NCBI GenBank assembly: GCA_963719085.1
Contig: CAVRAL010000001.1
Coordinates: forward strand, 928,001-992,000
DNA from: a candidate division FCPU426 bacterium
GTDB lineage: Bacteria > Oederibacteriota > Muellerivitia > Muellerivitales > Muellerivitaceae
Reading direction: 5' to 3'
Length of the DNA stretch: 64,000 bases
In this document: positions 49,314 to 58,993 of the stretch, in pieces
Layout: every line of letters starts with the position of its first letter
Position numbering within the stretch: the first letter of the stretch is position 1
Notes under the pieces: generated by a model
The model's input: the letters and a program-made list of their open reading frames with translations, nothing else
Told to the model about the DNA's origin: nothing
The model's database searches: none
Translations under genes and position numbers: made by a program

Positions 49314-50399
49314 TTAACGGGATAAAAAAGACAGAATCTCGCCGGCGATGTCAGGAATGGGCAGCTGCCGGTCCACCACTCCGCTGTCCACCGCGGCTTT
49401 GGGCATGCCATAGACCACGCAGCTTTCGGCGTCTTGGGCGAAAGTCCTTCCACCGGCTTCGTGGATATTCTTTAAACCGGCGGCGCCATCCCGGCCCATT
49501 CCGGTCAAAATGACCCCCAAACAATGTTTGCCGGACGCTTTGGCGACCGATTGCATCATGACGTCCGCCGAAGGGCGCACCCCCATTCGCGGCGGCGAGT
49601 CATTGAGCGCGATCCGATAATTGCCCGGCCCGCCTTGAACCGTCAAATGACGCCCGGCCGGCGCCACGTAACCGAAACCGGTTAAGACCGACTGACCTTC
49701 CTCGGCTTCCACCACATTCAGGGCGCCGCATTCATCCAACCGGCGGGCCAAGGCCTTGGTGAAACCCGTGGAGATGTGCTGCACAATGACCAAAGCCGCC
49801 GGGAAGCCGGTGGGAATCTTCGTTAAAAGCTCGTGCAGCGCCCGCGGCCCCCCGGTGGAGGAGGCCACCGCCACCAGCGTGTGCGCCGGAGCCGAGACTT
49901 CCAAAAGCTGTCCATGGCTGGGCTTGGGGTCCTTTTTGGGCTCCAACCCGCTCATCTCGCCCTCACTGCGTTTGCGGGGATGGGACAGCGAAGCGACCTT
50001 TACTTTTTCAATTAACTCGTTCTTGATGCTTTCCAAATCCGTGATGGGAATCCCGGAAGGTTTTCCCACGCATTCCACGGCGCCAATTTCCAGGGCGCGG
50101 ATGGTGGTTTCCATCCCCTTGCCCGTGTGGGCCGACAACATGACCACGGGAACCGGATCCTCCACAATGATCCGCCGCAGCGCGGAGAGGCCGTCCATGT
50201 GGGGCATTTCCACATCCATCGTGATGACATCGGGTTTGAGCAGCTTATTCTTCTCAATAGCTTCCAGACCCGTTTTGGCCGTGTCCACGACGGTGATTCC
50301 CTGCTTGGGATCATCCAAAATTTTTACCAGGATTTTGCGCATGAAAAAGGAGTCGTCCACGACGAGAACGCGAATCAGGTGAGGGGGTTGTGCCAACAT
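49314..50399 (-). CDS. cheB: Chemotaxis methylesterase CheB (REC + esterase)
   Basis: REC domain; SSTGGP, VQH, TGMGRDG catalytic triad. Confidence 0.96.
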   Translation of the reverse strand: MLAQPPHLIRVLVVDDSFFMRKILVKILDDPKQGITVVDTAKTGLEAIEKNKLLKPDVITMDVEMPHMDGLSALRRIIVEDPVPVVMLSAHTGKGMETTIRALEIGAVECVGKPSGIPITDLESIKNELIEKVKVASLSHPRKRSEGEMSGLEPKKDPKPSHGQLLEVSAPAHTLVAVASSTGGPRALHELLTKIPTGFPAALVIVQHISTGFTKALARRLDECGALNVVEAEEGQSVLTGFGYVAPAGRHLTVQGGPGNYRIALNDSPPRMGVRPSADVMMQSVAKASGKHCLGVILTGMGRDGAAGLKNIHEAGGRTFAQDAESCVVYGMPKAAVDSGVVDRQLPIPDIAGEILSFLSR

Positions 50400-50434
50400 A
50401 GCTTAGTTCCGCCAGGCGTCAAATTGAGTTGCGT

Positions 50435-50797
50435 TCAGCCCAAAACCCGCTTGATCGCCTCGTGAACCCGGGGCGTTTGAAAAGGCTTAATGATAAAATC
50501 CCGGGCGCCGGCCTGGATCGCGTCAATCACCATGGCCTGCTGGCCCATGGCGCTGACCATGATGATCTTCGCCTCGGGGTCAAAACCGCGTATCTGTTTG
50601 ACCGCCTCGATTCCGTCCATGTCGGGCATCACAATATCCATGGTCACCAAATCCGGACGCACCTGTTGATATAACGCCGCCGCTTCCGAACCCGTTCCCG
50701 CCTCGCCCGCCAGTTTAAAATCATCCTTGATGATGATGCTTTTCAGGATTGCCCTCATAAAAGGCGAGTCATCCACAATCAAGACATTAACGGGCAT
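50435..50797 (-). CDS. cheY: CheY-like response regulator
   Basis: VDDS, MDIVMP, SAMGQQ, KPF. Confidence 0.92.
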   Translation of the reverse strand: MPVNVLIVDDSPFMRAILKSIIIKDDFKLAGEAGTGSEAAALYQQVRPDLVTMDIVMPDMDGIEAVKQIRGFDPEAKIIMVSAMGQQAMVIDAIQAGARDFIIKPFQTPRVHEAIKRVLG

Positions 50798-51314
50798 TCA
50801 CGCGCTCCTCGGTGAGTAACGACCACTCAAAATCGGCCAAATTCTTGATTTCTTCCAGATTAAAGACCCGCTCCAAGTTCAGCATAAGAATAAAACTATT
50901 TTTCGACTCCACCACGCCGGACAAAAATTTCGCGTCGATCGTCAAAAAATTCCGGGACGGCGCCAAACGTCTGCTCAGGGCCACCCTTTGCACTTCCAGC
51001 ACCTTGTCCACCAGCAATCCCACGATTTGGTCGCCGACTTCCACGATCATAATCCGCGCGTCCATCGTCAATTCACAGGCGGGCAGGCCAAAGCGTCTTT
51101 TAAAGTCCAGGACCGAGACAATTTTTCCCCTCAAGTTGATGATGCCGGAGAGAAACCGGGGAGCCTTGGGCATCCGGGTAATCTCAATGACGCGGATGAT
51201 TTCCCGAACCCGCTCAATCTCAATCCCAAACTCGGCGCCCGCCAAATGAAAAACGACCAACTTGAATTCCTTCTCGTTTTCCGGGACCGGCATCGTTTCC
51301 ATGTAAGACGACAT
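50787..51314 (-). CDS. cheW: CheW coupling protein
   Basis: VREII...PKAP...GIINLRGKIV...VGLLVDKV. Confidence 0.93.
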   Translation of the reverse strand: MSSYMETMPVPENEKEFKLVVFHLAGAEFGIEIERVREIIRVIEITRMPKAPRFLSGIINLRGKIVSVLDFKRRFGLPACELTMDARIMIVEVGDQIVGLLVDKVLEVQRVALSRRLAPSRNFLTIDAKFLSGVVESKNSFILMLNLERVFNLEEIKNLADFEWSLLTEERVNAR

Positions 51315-51330
51315 ATTGAGGCCCTTTATC

Positions 51331-51816
51331 TCACAACCAAAATTCCGGCTGGTTTAATTTCTTTATTTTAATCCGGCCGTCCGCCAATGAAAATTGGATG
51401 GTCCGCCCGAATTCACCGCCCAAATCCTCGCCCACAATCGGAATGGAGAGAGTCCGCAGCTTTTCCCGGGCCGCCGTCGCGTTCCGGACCCCGATCGGGA
51501 CCGGATGGGAAACAATATGCTTAAACATGTTCGCCCCGCCCACCAGTTTGGCCTGCAGCCGGCCAATGTCGCTGCCCAACCCCTTCAGTTCCCGTACCAA
51601 TTGGTCAATCGCCGTATCCGCGTATTTCCCCGGGATGAAGCCCCGGGTGAAAAGCGCGCTGGAGGGAAGCATCACATGGGCCAGTCCGCCGTTTTTTTTA
51701 TCCCGGTCGAACAAGGTCACTCCCACGCAGGACCCCAGGCCGTAAGCCACAAAAGAATCCGGGAATTGAGCGACTTTCACCTCGGCAATCCCGACCGCCC
51801 ATTCTTTTTCACCCAT
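51331..51816 (-). CDS. cheD: Chemoreceptor glutamine deamidase CheD
   Basis: GLGSCVG, AHVMLP, KYAD, GGANMF, EDLGG. Confidence 0.94.
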   Translation of the reverse strand: MGEKEWAVGIAEVKVAQFPDSFVAYGLGSCVGVTLFDRDKKNGGLAHVMLPSSALFTRGFIPGKYADTAIDQLVRELKGLGSDIGRLQAKLVGGANMFKHIVSHPVPIGVRNATAAREKLRTLSIPIVGEDLGGEFGRTIQFSLADGRIKIKKLNQPEFWL

Positions 51817-52441
51817 TGCCGGGGAGTCCCAAGGTATTGGCGAAGGCCTTAAAAAGCCGCTCCAGGCTTCCCGCTTCGGGCAAAAGCAAAAATTTGCTCG
51901 TCATTTTTTTGTTCTGGGCGATGAGTTCGGTCTCGATCACGATGGCCAAATCCTCTTTTTCCTCGAGTTCCACCAGCACGCTGTCCAAAATCGCCTGCGC
52001 CATGTCCATCACCAACTCGGGAACCCCGTGCAAAATTTGAACGTTGATGAAGCGAAAAAGGGCGCTCAAATAAGCCCCGGTCAATATGCTTCCCAGTTCC
52101 CGCAGCGCGGATTTCTCAATGTCCGAAAGTCCGTCGGGTCCGGGAATAGCGGTAAAATTGGGCAGGAGCATCCGGGTCAACTCATTGATCTGATCAAGGG
52201 GGAAAAAAACCAAAACCAATCCGGTGACGTCGCCGTAAACCGGAAGACAAACTGAGGCCACGTTGGAATCGGATCCACCCAGAAATTCCGCGATGGCGTC
52301 CGTGGGCAAAACACAAACTTTCGAAACCGACAAGTCAATCCGCTGGCCCGTCAGCTGGGACAGGGCGGTCGCCGCGTTGCCGGCTCCCACGTTCCCCACT
52401 TCACGGAGTGCGTCCAGTTGAAACTCATTAAGCGATGGCAC
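51809..52441 (-). CDS. cheC: Second CheC-family phosphatase
   Basis: DALREVGNVGAG; second site ELGS (N to S); GTG 52441 with GGAG RBS. Confidence 0.9.
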   Translation of the reverse strand: MPSLNEFQLDALREVGNVGAGNAATALSQLTGQRIDLSVSKVCVLPTDAIAEFLGGSDSNVASVCLPVYGDVTGLVLVFFPLDQINELTRMLLPNFTAIPGPDGLSDIEKSALRELGSILTGAYLSALFRFINVQILHGVPELVMDMAQAILDSVLVELEEKEDLAIVIETELIAQNKKMTSKFLLLPEAGSLERLFKAFANTLGLPGNG

Positions 52442-52461
52442 AAACCCACTCCAAGTTGTTT

Positions 52462-52824
52462 TTAATTGAGGGTTTTCTTGACCGCTTCCAAGACATTGGA
52501 GGGTTGAAACGGCTTGACGATGAAATCCTTGGCTCCCGCCTGAATGGCCTCCACGACCAAAGACTGCTGGCCCATGGAGCTGCACATAAGAACTTTGGCC
52601 GCCGGGTTCGCCTTCACAATCTCCCGAACCGCGTCGATCCCGCCCATTTCGGGCATGATGATATCCATGATGACCAGATCGGGTTTGAGGGTTTTATAAA
52701 GCTCAATCCCCTTGGCGCCGTTTTCCGCCTCGCCGACGATCTCGTATCCCGCGCCCGCCAAAATATTTTTCAACATCATCCTCATGAAGGATGCGTCATC
52801 GACCAGCAGAACTCGTTGAGCCAC
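52462..52824 (-). CDS. cheY: Second CheY-like response regulator
   Basis: VDDASFMR, MDIIMP, SMGQQ, KPF. Confidence 0.93.
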   Translation of the reverse strand: MAQRVLLVDDASFMRMMLKNILAGAGYEIVGEAENGAKGIELYKTLKPDLVIMDIIMPEMGGIDAVREIVKANPAAKVLMCSSMGQQSLVVEAIQAGAKDFIVKPFQPSNVLEAVKKTLN

Positions 52825-52852
52825 GTCTTCCTCCTCGACTTAATGTACCGGC

Positions 52853-53191
52853 TTAGAGAGCGTTTTCACCCTGCTCTCCCGTTCGAACCCGAATGACGTT
52901 ATCTAAAGGCATCAAGAAAAATTTCCCGTCGCCAATCCGACCCGTCCGAACCGTATCTAAAAGCAGCTCAACCACCTTCTCAATTTCATCGTCCAGCAAA
53001 GCGATCTCAATCCGGATACGAGGCTGGTATTGTACCTTATAATCCGCCCCGCGAATGGAATCCACTTGAACTTTTTGATAGCCATAACCCGAGGCCTCCG
53101 AAAGGGTTACCCCTCGGACTCCCGCCTCCCAAAGAACCTTCTTTACTTGTTCCAGTTTCTTGGGAGAAATAACGCAGATTAGTAATTTCAT
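52853..53191 (-). CDS. P-II family signal transduction protein (divergent GlnB/GlnK)
   Basis: 112 aa, GYGYQK, RGADY (Tyr51), TGRIGDGK, IRVRTGE. Confidence 0.93.
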   Translation of the reverse strand: MKLLICVISPKKLEQVKKVLWEAGVRGVTLSEASGYGYQKVQVDSIRGADYKVQYQPRIRIEIALLDDEIEKVVELLLDTVRTGRIGDGKFFLMPLDNVIRVRTGEQGENAL

Positions 53192-53197
53192 TTGGGC

Positions 53198-55414
53198 CTA
53201 TTTAATCAGTTTGGTGTTCCCCGCGCTCGGGGAAGTCTGCAATTGCCGCTTCCAAACCTCGATTTGCTGCATCACGTCCCGCGCCTGACTGGCCTTGTCC
53301 ACATCATCGCCCGGGGAGTCCAAATACTTTTGAAACTGGTCCAACGCCTCATCCCACCAGGATTTGTACCGGTAGACCTGGCCCAAATAAAAATGGACAT
53401 CGGGGTAATTCGGCCGCAAATCATTGGTCTTTTTCAACTCCACCAACGCCTCGTCCCACCATTGACGCTCAATATAAACTTTTCCCAATTGCAGGTGGGC
53501 CTCCGGCGACGAAGGATTCACCGAAACCGCTTTGGCCAGTATTTTAACGGCGTCGTCATAGGATTTTAAATTAATAAAGGTTTCGCCCAGTTGCTCCAGG
53601 GCCTGCTGGTACTTGGGATTCAGCCGGAGGGCTTCCTGGAACTCCCGGGCCCCTTCCTGGTTCTGCCCCGTATTTTTGTAGACCATGCCCAACTCAAAAT
53701 GAAGGGTCGGATTATCCGGATCGGCCATGATTTGTTTGATCAAGGCGTCCGAAGCCTCGGTCAACACCATCCTCTTTTTCAGGGCCACAGCCAAATTGTT
53801 TTGCGCCGTTTTGTACTCCGGCTCAATCTCAACCGACTTTTTAAAAGCGTCGATGGCCTTCTCATATTGGCCTTGCTTAAAATAAACCACACCCATGTTG
53901 TTATAGGCTTTCGCGTATTTGGGATTGTAGGTGATCGCCAACTCATAATGCTGGATCGCCTCTTTGGAAAGTCCGGCGTTTTTGTAGGCCACGCCCAAGC
54001 TGTTATGGATGATGGGATTGCGGGGATCAAACTCCAGGGCTTTTTTATACTCGATCACCGCTTCCTCGAAACGTCCCTTATCGGCCAAGGCCAGCCCCAA
54101 ATAAGTCAAAGCCTCGGCGCTGGAAGCGATCGACACATTCAGCTCGATCGCCTGGTTGATTTCCCGGATCGCCTCGTCGAATAGGTTCACCTTGTAATAA
54201 TAAACGCCCAAATAGTAATGGGCTTCCGCGTTATCCGGGTCAATCTCCAAGGCCTCCCGGACTTCCCGGGTGGCTTTTTCACTTTCCCCCATCTTGAAAA
54301 AAGTCACGCCCAACTCAAAGTGGGCCATGCTGGAATGGGGAACCAACTCGATGGCTTTTTTAAACTGTTGGGCCGCCTCATCCGCCCGTCCCAGTTCCCG
54401 TTGGGCGATCCCCAACTGCATATAGTTCTCCAGATGATCCGGTCCCAAGCTGACGGCTTTTTGATGGGTCATCAAAGCGTCTTCCAGCATCCCCTTTTGC
54501 AGATAAACTTCCCCCAAATGCCGGTAAAGCCGGTCATCGGTGGGCGCCGCCTCAATGGCCCGCTTGTATTCCCGGACCGCCTCCTCCAATAAACCTTTCC
54601 CCCGATAGGCGGCGGCCAAACTCAAATAAGTGTCGATCTGGGGCGTCTCATCCCGGACCTGGTTGGAAGTCCTTTCGGCGATTTTTTCTTCCAAACTTTT
54701 AGAACGCTCAATGGCCAGAAGCGCCTGGGCGCCCTGCCCAAAATTCGGGTTCAGGTCCACGGCCTTCTTAAATTCCCTCTCGGCGTCTTCCAGCATGTTT
54801 TTATCGCCGAAAACAAAGCTCAGGTTATAGTGCGCGATCGCGAAATCCGGACTGAGCGAAATGGCCTTTTTGAACTCAATCATGGCCTCATTCACCATGG
54901 CCTTTTTGTAATAAATCTCCCCCAGATTGTTGTGCAGGTCCGCGAAATAAGGATTTTTTTCGATGGCTTTTTTAAATTCGGTAACGGCCGCGTCCAGATT
55001 GCCCAGGCATTTTTGGGAGACGCCGAGATAATTGCGGGCGAAGGGATGGGCCTCGTTCAGTTCCAAAGTCCGGTTATATTCCCCGATCGCCGACTCATAT
55101 TGGCCGGTGTAGCGATAGGCGTTCGCCAAGTTGTAATGCGCTTCCGGATCCATGGGAAACATTTGGGAGGATTTTTTAAAGGCCTCAATCGAGCGGTCGT
55201 AAAGGCCCGTATGGCGGTTGACCGACTTTAAATTCTCCAGCGCCTGGGTGTTTTCCGGCTCCACTTCCAAGGCGGTTTTAAATTCCTTGATTGATTCGGC
55301 GTACATGCCCTTGGAATAGTAAAAGACGCCCAGATTGTTGTGGGTCGACGCGTCGCCCTGGTCCACGCCATGGGCCATTTCACGGATCATTCGGGTTTCA
55401 GGTTGGGATGGCAT
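53198..55414 (-). CDS. Large cytoplasmic TPR-repeat protein
   Basis: Continuous 34-aa TPR pattern (AHYNLG...A...F.KA..L.P); no signal peptide. Confidence 0.9.
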   Translation of the reverse strand: MPSQPETRMIREMAHGVDQGDASTHNNLGVFYYSKGMYAESIKEFKTALEVEPENTQALENLKSVNRHTGLYDRSIEAFKKSSQMFPMDPEAHYNLANAYRYTGQYESAIGEYNRTLELNEAHPFARNYLGVSQKCLGNLDAAVTEFKKAIEKNPYFADLHNNLGEIYYKKAMVNEAMIEFKKAISLSPDFAIAHYNLSFVFGDKNMLEDAEREFKKAVDLNPNFGQGAQALLAIERSKSLEEKIAERTSNQVRDETPQIDTYLSLAAAYRGKGLLEEAVREYKRAIEAAPTDDRLYRHLGEVYLQKGMLEDALMTHQKAVSLGPDHLENYMQLGIAQRELGRADEAAQQFKKAIELVPHSSMAHFELGVTFFKMGESEKATREVREALEIDPDNAEAHYYLGVYYYKVNLFDEAIREINQAIELNVSIASSAEALTYLGLALADKGRFEEAVIEYKKALEFDPRNPIIHNSLGVAYKNAGLSKEAIQHYELAITYNPKYAKAYNNMGVVYFKQGQYEKAIDAFKKSVEIEPEYKTAQNNLAVALKKRMVLTEASDALIKQIMADPDNPTLHFELGMVYKNTGQNQEGAREFQEALRLNPKYQQALEQLGETFINLKSYDDAVKILAKAVSVNPSSPEAHLQLGKVYIERQWWDEALVELKKTNDLRPNYPDVHFYLGQVYRYKSWWDEALDQFQKYLDSPGDDVDKASQARDVMQQIEVWKRQLQTSPSAGNTKLIK

Positions 55415-56039
55415 CGCGAACCTCAGAAAGCGTTGTTTTTAAATTTTGTTCATCCACCAAAATGTCCGGATTCAAAACCGAATACAGGTCTTCCTTGATT
55501 TTTCCAAGGCAATAATAAATCTCGGTGTTCTTCCCGTAGAGATAAGTCGGAACGGGCTCGATTTGATCCACCTTGAAGCGCCTCACTTCCAAAACCTGAT
55601 CCACCCACAAGATAAAGTAATAGCCCTTTCGCTCCAAAACGATAAACCATCCCTTGGACTCGCTCCCCAAATCTTCCTTGGCCAAAATCTGGCGGAAGGA
55701 CAAAACCGGTAATAGATTGCCGCGCAGCGAAAAAACCCCGGCCCAATGCGGCTGGGACAAGGCCGTTGGGATCAAGGCGCCAAACTTCAAGACTTCCCGG
55801 ACGCGGTAGGTCTCCACCCCGTAAAACTCATTCTCGATCCGAAAGGTCAAAACCAGCATCCCCTCCATGACTTGGAGGATATCCTGTTCCAGCACAAACC
55901 CCAAGCGCACCAAAACTTTCCCGATCGGCTCCCGGGTTTTCTTTTGTTCCACCAGGGCCACTTGGATTTGCCGGGAAGTGATTTTCCCGGCCTGCCGTAA
56001 AAGTTCTCCCAGGGATTTTTCCTGGACCCGCATCGCCAT
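55398..56039 (-). CDS. MshEN-like N-terminal domain fused to CheW
   Basis: SLGELLRQAGKITSRQIQVALVEQ-5aa-PIGKVLVRLGFV followed by VREV...GVFSLRG...VDQV CheW fold. Confidence 0.8.
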   Translation of the reverse strand: MAMRVQEKSLGELLRQAGKITSRQIQVALVEQKKTREPIGKVLVRLGFVLEQDILQVMEGMLVLTFRIENEFYGVETYRVREVLKFGALIPTALSQPHWAGVFSLRGNLLPVLSFRQILAKEDLGSESKGWFIVLERKGYYFILWVDQVLEVRRFKVDQIEPVPTYLYGKNTEIYYCLGKIKEDLYSVLNPDILVDEQNLKTTLSEVRDAIPT

Positions 56040-57214
56040 CAGACTGTTCCTTTTACAATTTTCAAATTATTTTTCAAAATCTCGTTGGACGCGTCCACTT
56101 CCAAAGCCTTTTCCCAATGCGAGACCGCCTGGGGCTTATCCCCCATTTTCAAATAAATGTTCCCCAGCTTGGACAAAGCGTCCACATGGCGGGGATTCAG
56201 CACGATCAGTTTCCGAAACTCGGTCAAAGCCTCGTCGAATTTTCCAAGCTTGTAGTAAATGGTCCCCAAATTATCCAAGATCAACACGTCATTCGGATCC
56301 AAATCCTGGGCCTGTTTATATTCCTCCAAAGCCCGCTCCATCTCGCCCTGCTTGTCATAGATATATCCCATGACATTATGAATGCTGGCGTCCTGCGGAT
56401 TGAGCTCGATGACCTTTTGATACATCTTCAAAGCTTCCTCGTGCTGAAGCCGGCTGGCGTAAATCATCCCCATCTTGATATAGGTTTCGGAGCTCCCCGG
56501 GTTCTTCTGTTGAGCCACATTTAAAAAAGCCATGGCCTTGTCATAATGGCCCATCGCCATATAAGTCTGGCCCAACTTCAAATCCACTTCCGGCTCATTC
56601 GGATTCAAGGCTAAAGCCTCTTGGTAAGACGCGATGGCCTTCTCATTTTGGCCGTTCTTTTGATAAAGATTGCCTAAAATCGCGTGGACCACCGAATGCC
56701 GGGGATTAATCCCCAGGGACTTCTCATAATATTGAATCGCTTCCTCGTTTTGGCCGCTCTGCTCGTAAACATCCCCCAATTTGAAATAAATCTCGGAGTT
56801 ATTCGCGTTGATCTCAATGGACTTCATGTATTGATCAATCGCATCCTTTAATCGCCCCGCCTTCACCAACACATTTCCCAGTTGGTTGTAAAGGGCCGCG
56901 TCCTTGGGGTTCAGCTCAATGGCCTTTTCCAATTCCGAAATCGAATCCTCAAATCGGTTTAAAAACTCTAATAAAGTCCCCAATTTCAGCCGGGCGTTAA
57001 GATTCATGGGATTCAACTCGAGAGATTTGCGGTAATAACTTTCCGCCTCCGAATATTGCCCCATCTGGCCGTAAAGACTGGCCAAATGAAACAAAACCTC
57101 CCCATCCTGCGGACTTAGCTCCAGCGCCCTTTTAAACTCACCGACCGCATCGGCATACCTTTTAGAAATGGAAAAAGCCATCCCTAAGTTGATATGATCT
57201 TGCGCCTTATCCAA
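56039..57214 (-). CDS. TPR-repeat protein
   Basis: About 11 tandem TPR units (…IELNP…LG..Y). Confidence 0.9.
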   Translation of the reverse strand: MDKAQDHINLGMAFSISKRYADAVGEFKRALELSPQDGEVLFHLASLYGQMGQYSEAESYYRKSLELNPMNLNARLKLGTLLEFLNRFEDSISELEKAIELNPKDAALYNQLGNVLVKAGRLKDAIDQYMKSIEINANNSEIYFKLGDVYEQSGQNEEAIQYYEKSLGINPRHSVVHAILGNLYQKNGQNEKAIASYQEALALNPNEPEVDLKLGQTYMAMGHYDKAMAFLNVAQQKNPGSSETYIKMGMIYASRLQHEEALKMYQKVIELNPQDASIHNVMGYIYDKQGEMERALEEYKQAQDLDPNDVLILDNLGTIYYKLGKFDEALTEFRKLIVLNPRHVDALSKLGNIYLKMGDKPQAVSHWEKALEVDASNEILKNNLKIVKGTV

Positions 57215-57249
57215 CGTCCATCCTCCACCGATAAAATTGCGGCTTCAGC

Positions 57250-58077
57250 TCAAACCTTTTTGCCCAGCGCCAGCTGATAAAAGCGGCTGCGGATATCCAC
57301 ACAGCGATAAAGCTCCCGAGCGGGCCCCAATAAAGTCTCCGTCAAACCCAAAACCAAAAAACCGTCCAATCGTAAAACCCGCGAAAAATGCTCATATAGT
57401 TTTTGCTGCTGGGGCGCGGTCAAATAAATCAAAAAATTACGGCACACAATAAGGTCAAAACCCCAATAATCCGAAGGCCATTCCCCCAATAAGTCGTGTT
57501 GAGAAAATCTTATGTTTTTTTGGAGTCCGGGTTGAATCTTAAACTTGGCCCCCTCCACCCGGAACATTTTCCCGATTACTTTTTTCGAAAGCTTCCCGAC
57601 GCTTTCACTCGGATACTCCCCCAACCGCGCGGTCCGAAGGCTGGCCCCGTCCACATCCGTGGCCAATATCTCGTAAGAAAATCCCGGAAAATCCTTTAAG
57701 CCCTCGCTCAAAAGAAAAGCCAAAGAGTAGGGTTCCTCACCCGTACTGCAGGCCGCCGACCAAATTCTTATTCTTTTATCCACCGCCGTCCGGACGATCT
57801 CCGGAATCACTTTTTCCTGCAGGGACTTGTAAATTTCGGCGTCCCGAAAAAACTCCGTCACGTGGATGGTCAATCGGTCCAGAAGATGGGTGGCCTCTTC
57901 CGGATTCTGGGTTATAAAATGAAAGTAATCCCGATAAGTGCCGGCGTGCGTCGCCCTCATCCGAACCGCGACACGCCTTTTAACATAATTGACTTTATAA
58001 TTGAGTCCATCAAAACCCTTGATCTTTAAAACCAACTCAAGAATCTTGGGAAAGTAAGCCTCATCCTCCAGAATCAT
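57250..58077 (-). CDS. cheR: Chemotaxis methyltransferase CheR
   Basis: TEFFRD, IWSAACSTGEEPYS, ATDVD, HDLL, CRNFLIYL. Confidence 0.96.
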   Translation of the reverse strand: MILEDEAYFPKILELVLKIKGFDGLNYKVNYVKRRVAVRMRATHAGTYRDYFHFITQNPEEATHLLDRLTIHVTEFFRDAEIYKSLQEKVIPEIVRTAVDKRIRIWSAACSTGEEPYSLAFLLSEGLKDFPGFSYEILATDVDGASLRTARLGEYPSESVGKLSKKVIGKMFRVEGAKFKIQPGLQKNIRFSQHDLLGEWPSDYWGFDLIVCRNFLIYLTAPQQQKLYEHFSRVLRLDGFLVLGLTETLLGPARELYRCVDIRSRFYQLALGKKV

Positions 58078-58123
58078 TCCTCAACCTGTTTTTCTTTCAC
58101 GCGCCGCGGCAAAAAGCTCGATC

Positions 58124-58993
58124 TCAAGGCTGATACCAGGCCTCGAACCCTTTTTGAATCGGCTCCGTGCTGTTTAAAATCTGCGCCATGGAATAGTTGG
58201 GGCCCGCATAAAAGACCTGGGCCAGCCCAAAGGGTTGGTGCACGTCCTCCGCCAACCAGCCGGTTTCACTTTTTTGCCGGAGCCTGAAAGTCTGGCCTTC
58301 CACCACGCCGTCTTTTTGACCCGCGGTCAAAACAATCCAATCATTTTGCGCATAATAGCTCAGTGAGGGTTTTCCCTCGGCGACATAACTATGGATAGGT
58401 TGAGCCGGCAGGGTTTTCCGGCGTTGGGCTTGTTTCCAACGCACAATCTCATCACTGTAGGACTTCACCGAATCCCCCGCTTTAAACGGGGCAAAGCTTT
58501 CCTTGGTTTCCGCCAAGCACCTTGTTTTTTGGATTTCAATCACCTGAAGAATGGCCAAGTTTTCCACCCGGCGGCCCACGAACCCGGCATGATCCTCGTT
58601 AATGTTTCCCGCTATCCGATAAACCACCAAAAAATCCCCGGGCTTCACGATCGCGTTCGAAAGTTCCACATAAGTCTTCTGCGGAGTCGAAAACTCCATT
58701 TTTTCGGAGAAGTCACCGGCGATTTTCCCCAACTGCGGAATTTTCGAGTCGTCCTGCGTTAGATAACCCGCGGAAACAAAATAATAAAATCCCACATTAT
58801 CTGAAATGCGGACGCGTTCCGCCGCCGCGCTTGAACCGTCCCCCGCCGTTTCCACGGCATCGTCATCCGCCGCCGTCGCGGTCGCGGTGGGCGTGTCCGC
58901 CGCCGCGGCTTTGGGGGGCAGGCAACTCCCCAACGCCAAAATCAGGCCGGCGAAAAGAAAAAAATTCCAAGTCTTAGTAAAATCAATGCGCAT
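58124..58993 (-). CDS. Exported TsaP-like protein lacking LysM
   Basis: Signal peptide, Ala/Thr linker, duplicated beta modules (GKIAG...KPGD..VVYR; AQNDWIVL.AGQKDGVVEG...FGLAQV) resembling the TsaP C-terminal region. Confidence 0.5.
   Translation of the reverse strand: MRIDFTKTWNFFLFAGLILALGSCLPPKAAAADTPTATATAADDDAVETAGDGSSAAAERVRISDNVGFYYFVSAGYLTQDDSKIPQLGKIAGDFSEKMEFSTPQKTYVELSNAIVKPGDFLVVYRIAGNINEDHAGFVGRRVENLAILQVIEIQKTRCLAETKESFAPFKAGDSVKSYSDEIVRWKQAQRRKTLPAQPIHSYVAEGKPSLSYYAQNDWIVLTAGQKDGVVEGQTFRLRQKSETGWLAEDVHQPFGLAQVFYAGPNYSMAQILNSTEPIQKGFEAWYQP

Noticed and set aside
52442..52585. N-terminal extension of CheC in the ORF track
   Set aside because: Overlaps cheY; GTG 52441 with a GGAG RBS is the plausible start
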